Below, in pieces: positions 62,335-64,000 of a stretch of DNA of 64,000 nt. Location of the stretch: positions 283,505 through 347,504 of IMG/VR virus record IMGVR_UViG_3300020202_000061; one strand, written 5' to 3'. The notes below the pieces were generated by a model. That model did not search any database. It worked only from the letters and a program-made list of their open reading frames with translations, and was not told the DNA's origin. Each line of letters opens with the position of its first letter. Within the stretch, counting starts at the first letter, position 1. The translations under genes were made by a program, and so were the position numbers.

Positions 62335-64000
62335 TTTGCTTTCTTCCTGACAGGCTTCTTCTTTTCCGGCTCCACGAATGGGATATTTACCTCTTCCATA
62401 AACCTTTCAAAGGCGGCTTCCCTATCATAACCAGACCATCCATAGCGGGGTTCATCCAGATCACGGAGTTCGAACATCCTCTGCCAATCACCACCGTTGT
62501 TCACCAATTCGTAGTCCTGACCCAGGACCAATGCCAGGGCTTCAGGTCGAATCATCACTCGGACATTTGTATCCTGTGCCTTCTGATGCTTTTCATCACC
62601 CCAAACAACAAAGAGTTCATATTTTCCTGTAGGATTACCAAGCCACTTCAAATACTGTTCATACGCGTCGTTTTGTTCTCCCACTTCCAGACCAGCAATT
62701 ACACCATCCTTTCCGGCACGAATGATCTCATCATCATGCTCGTCCAGGATTTGGAGCATCTCACTATCGGTTAGGTCCGAATACGATTGATTACCCATAT
62801 CGGTGCAATCCTCGTTGTATTCCGACCATACGTACTTCTGGAGATTGGTGTGGCTGTTCGGATATTTCTTCTTCAGATCGATTAGGAGATCATCGAGTTG
62901 ATCAATAGAAATGTCTCTGTAGCTGTAATCTGCATGCTCTCCATTGCCGGACATATAATCGGCGGCCTGCCATGCCCAGTATGTTCCTTTCTCCGAACCC
63001 CAATTGTGCACAAACGATTCAATATCTGAGAGATTACGGTCGATGACGAAACCCTTCTGGTCGGAATCGTATGGTTCCAACAAATAACCGTTTGGTCCGG
63101 CCGCAGCATCCAGGATAGCACGTGCCTTGTCGTAGAAGGCAGGCTGTGTCGGACCAAATTTCTTCAGAATGTACTGAGGATCAGCCAGTCCCGGTTTCAT
63201 CTCGGCAAGACGATCCGCATCAGCCTGTGGGAGGTCGGACAGCGTGAAATTCTTGTGAGCCTCATATCCACCACCTCTGATCCCCTTGATCATGGGATGT
63301 TCGAGCAGTTTAATGATGTAGGGAAAATACCTCGCCACCGGCTTATCATTGGATTTACCCTTCATCTCACCAAGCATGCCGTTCGTGGTATCCAGGACGA
63401 ACGTCAGATGAGGCTCCCACATCTGTTGCCCATCGACCGGCTTAGGCGTACGATAAGACAGCAAGGTATCCCGTTCACGAGCGATGTCCTGGCTATTGCC
63501 ACAATGACCCATCGCGTTAGCCTCGGCCGAACAGGATACTCTGTTCAAATTGAACCAAGCCGAGCCATCCGGGAACTCGATGATCTTCTCGGTTCCATCT
63601 TGCTGAGCGATCAGCCCTTTAACCTGCTTCTGCCACTCCTTTTCGATATGTTTGAACTCGGCGACCAGCCCCTCGGGGGTCTGATAGCCCCAAACGATCT
63701 GATTGATCTTGGGCAGATTCATACCCATAAAGTGACCAAGCTCGCGCTCGAAGCCGATCCCGAACGACATGTTCCAGCGTTCGTTATCCTTGAATTGGGG
63801 TTCACCCATCTTCTGGAGTAGTCGCGATCCCTCGACGACAATCCAATCGTTGAGTTGCTTGGCCTCAGCCGCCTGCTGGGGTGTCATTGTCCCCCGACGC
63901 TCAAGGAAGTTTCTCTGAGCGGCGGCACGGTCAATGCGCTTCAAACGGAGATACCAGACGATGCGATCATCGCGCTTTAGGACACGGATGGCCCAATCCA
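62331..64000 (-). CDS. Large protein with PcfJ-like domain (5' truncated by window)
   Basis: EANAMGHCG, LSYR, PHLT, EMKGKSN.KP; frame stays open to window end. Confidence 0.6.
   Translation of the reverse strand, partial: DWAIRVLKRDDRIVWYLRLKRIDRAAAQRNFLERRGTMTPQQAAEAKQLNDWIVVEGSRLLQKMGEPQFKDNERWNMSFGIGFERELGHFMGMNLPKINQIVWGYQTPEGLVAEFKHIEKEWQKQVKGLIAQQDGTEKIIEFPDGSAWFNLNRVSCSAEANAMGHCGNSQDIARERDTLLSYRTPKPVDGQQMWEPHLTFVLDTTNGMLGEMKGKSNDKPVARYFPYIIKLLEHPMIKGIRGGGYEAHKNFTLSDLPQADADRLAEMKPGLADPQYILKKFGPTQPAFYDKARAILDAAAGPNGYLLEPYDSDQKGFVIDRNLSDIESFVHNWGSEKGTYWAWQAADYMSGNGEHADYSYRDISIDQLDDLLIDLKKKYPNSHTNLQKYVWSEYNEDCTDMGNQSYSDLTDSEMLQILDEHDDEIIRAGKDGVIAGLEVGEQNDAYEQYLKWLGNPTGKYELFVVWGDEKHQKAQDTNVRVMIRPEALALVLGQDYELVNNGGDWQRMFELRDLDEPRYGWSGYDREAAFERFMEEVNIPFVEPEKKKPVRKKAK

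Noticed and set aside
1-64000. CRISPR array, integrase, transposase or rRNA
   Set aside because: No regularly spaced direct repeats and no such motifs seen by eye.
1-64000. Stop-codon reassignment (alternative genetic code)
   Set aside because: Recognisable genes are intact in code 11, TAG/TGA/TAA all end genes, and no suppressor tRNA is present.

Overview
This window is 64 kb of a large, GC-rich lytic jumbo phage with T4-superfamily features; the host is probably an alphaproteobacterium (inferred from PlcP/Agt-like genes, DUF4170 and many leaderless starts). It is densely packed with small hypothetical genes behind host sigma70-type promoters (TTGACA-N17-TAnnnT), interleaved with genes behind a T4-like late motif (TAAATA). 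Recognisable genes include: a PlcP-like phosphoesterase with an Agt-like glycosyltransferase, peptide deformylase, a GGQ release-factor-like protein, IF-3, glutaredoxin, a SLOG-NADAR fusion, spanins, a beta-helix tailspike and a tail-fibre-like protein, a full NAD+ salvage operon (NadM-Nudix, PnuC, NadR, NadV), PhoH, a DUF932 protein, a DEDDh exonuclease, a clamp loader, an Ntn-hydrolase, a GroES-like protein, a GNAT, a UvrD-like helicase and a split DnaE fragment. There are ten tRNA genes restricted to Arg (all four CGN anticodons), Lys (x4) and Ile (x2). The top finding is an unannotated 12-codon leader ORF (MTLIRRKRKISA) directly upstream of the tRNA cluster. Its core codons (ATT CGA CGC AAA CGA AAG ATT) are exactly those read by the downstream tRNAs, and it is followed by mutually exclusive hairpins. 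This is a candidate ribosome-sensing attenuator that switches on backup tRNAs when host tRNAs are depleted, for example by anticodon-nuclease defence. Two of the Lys tRNAs have an unusual 8/4 cloverleaf with a long connector. All family calls come from motif recognition by eye; no database searches were run.
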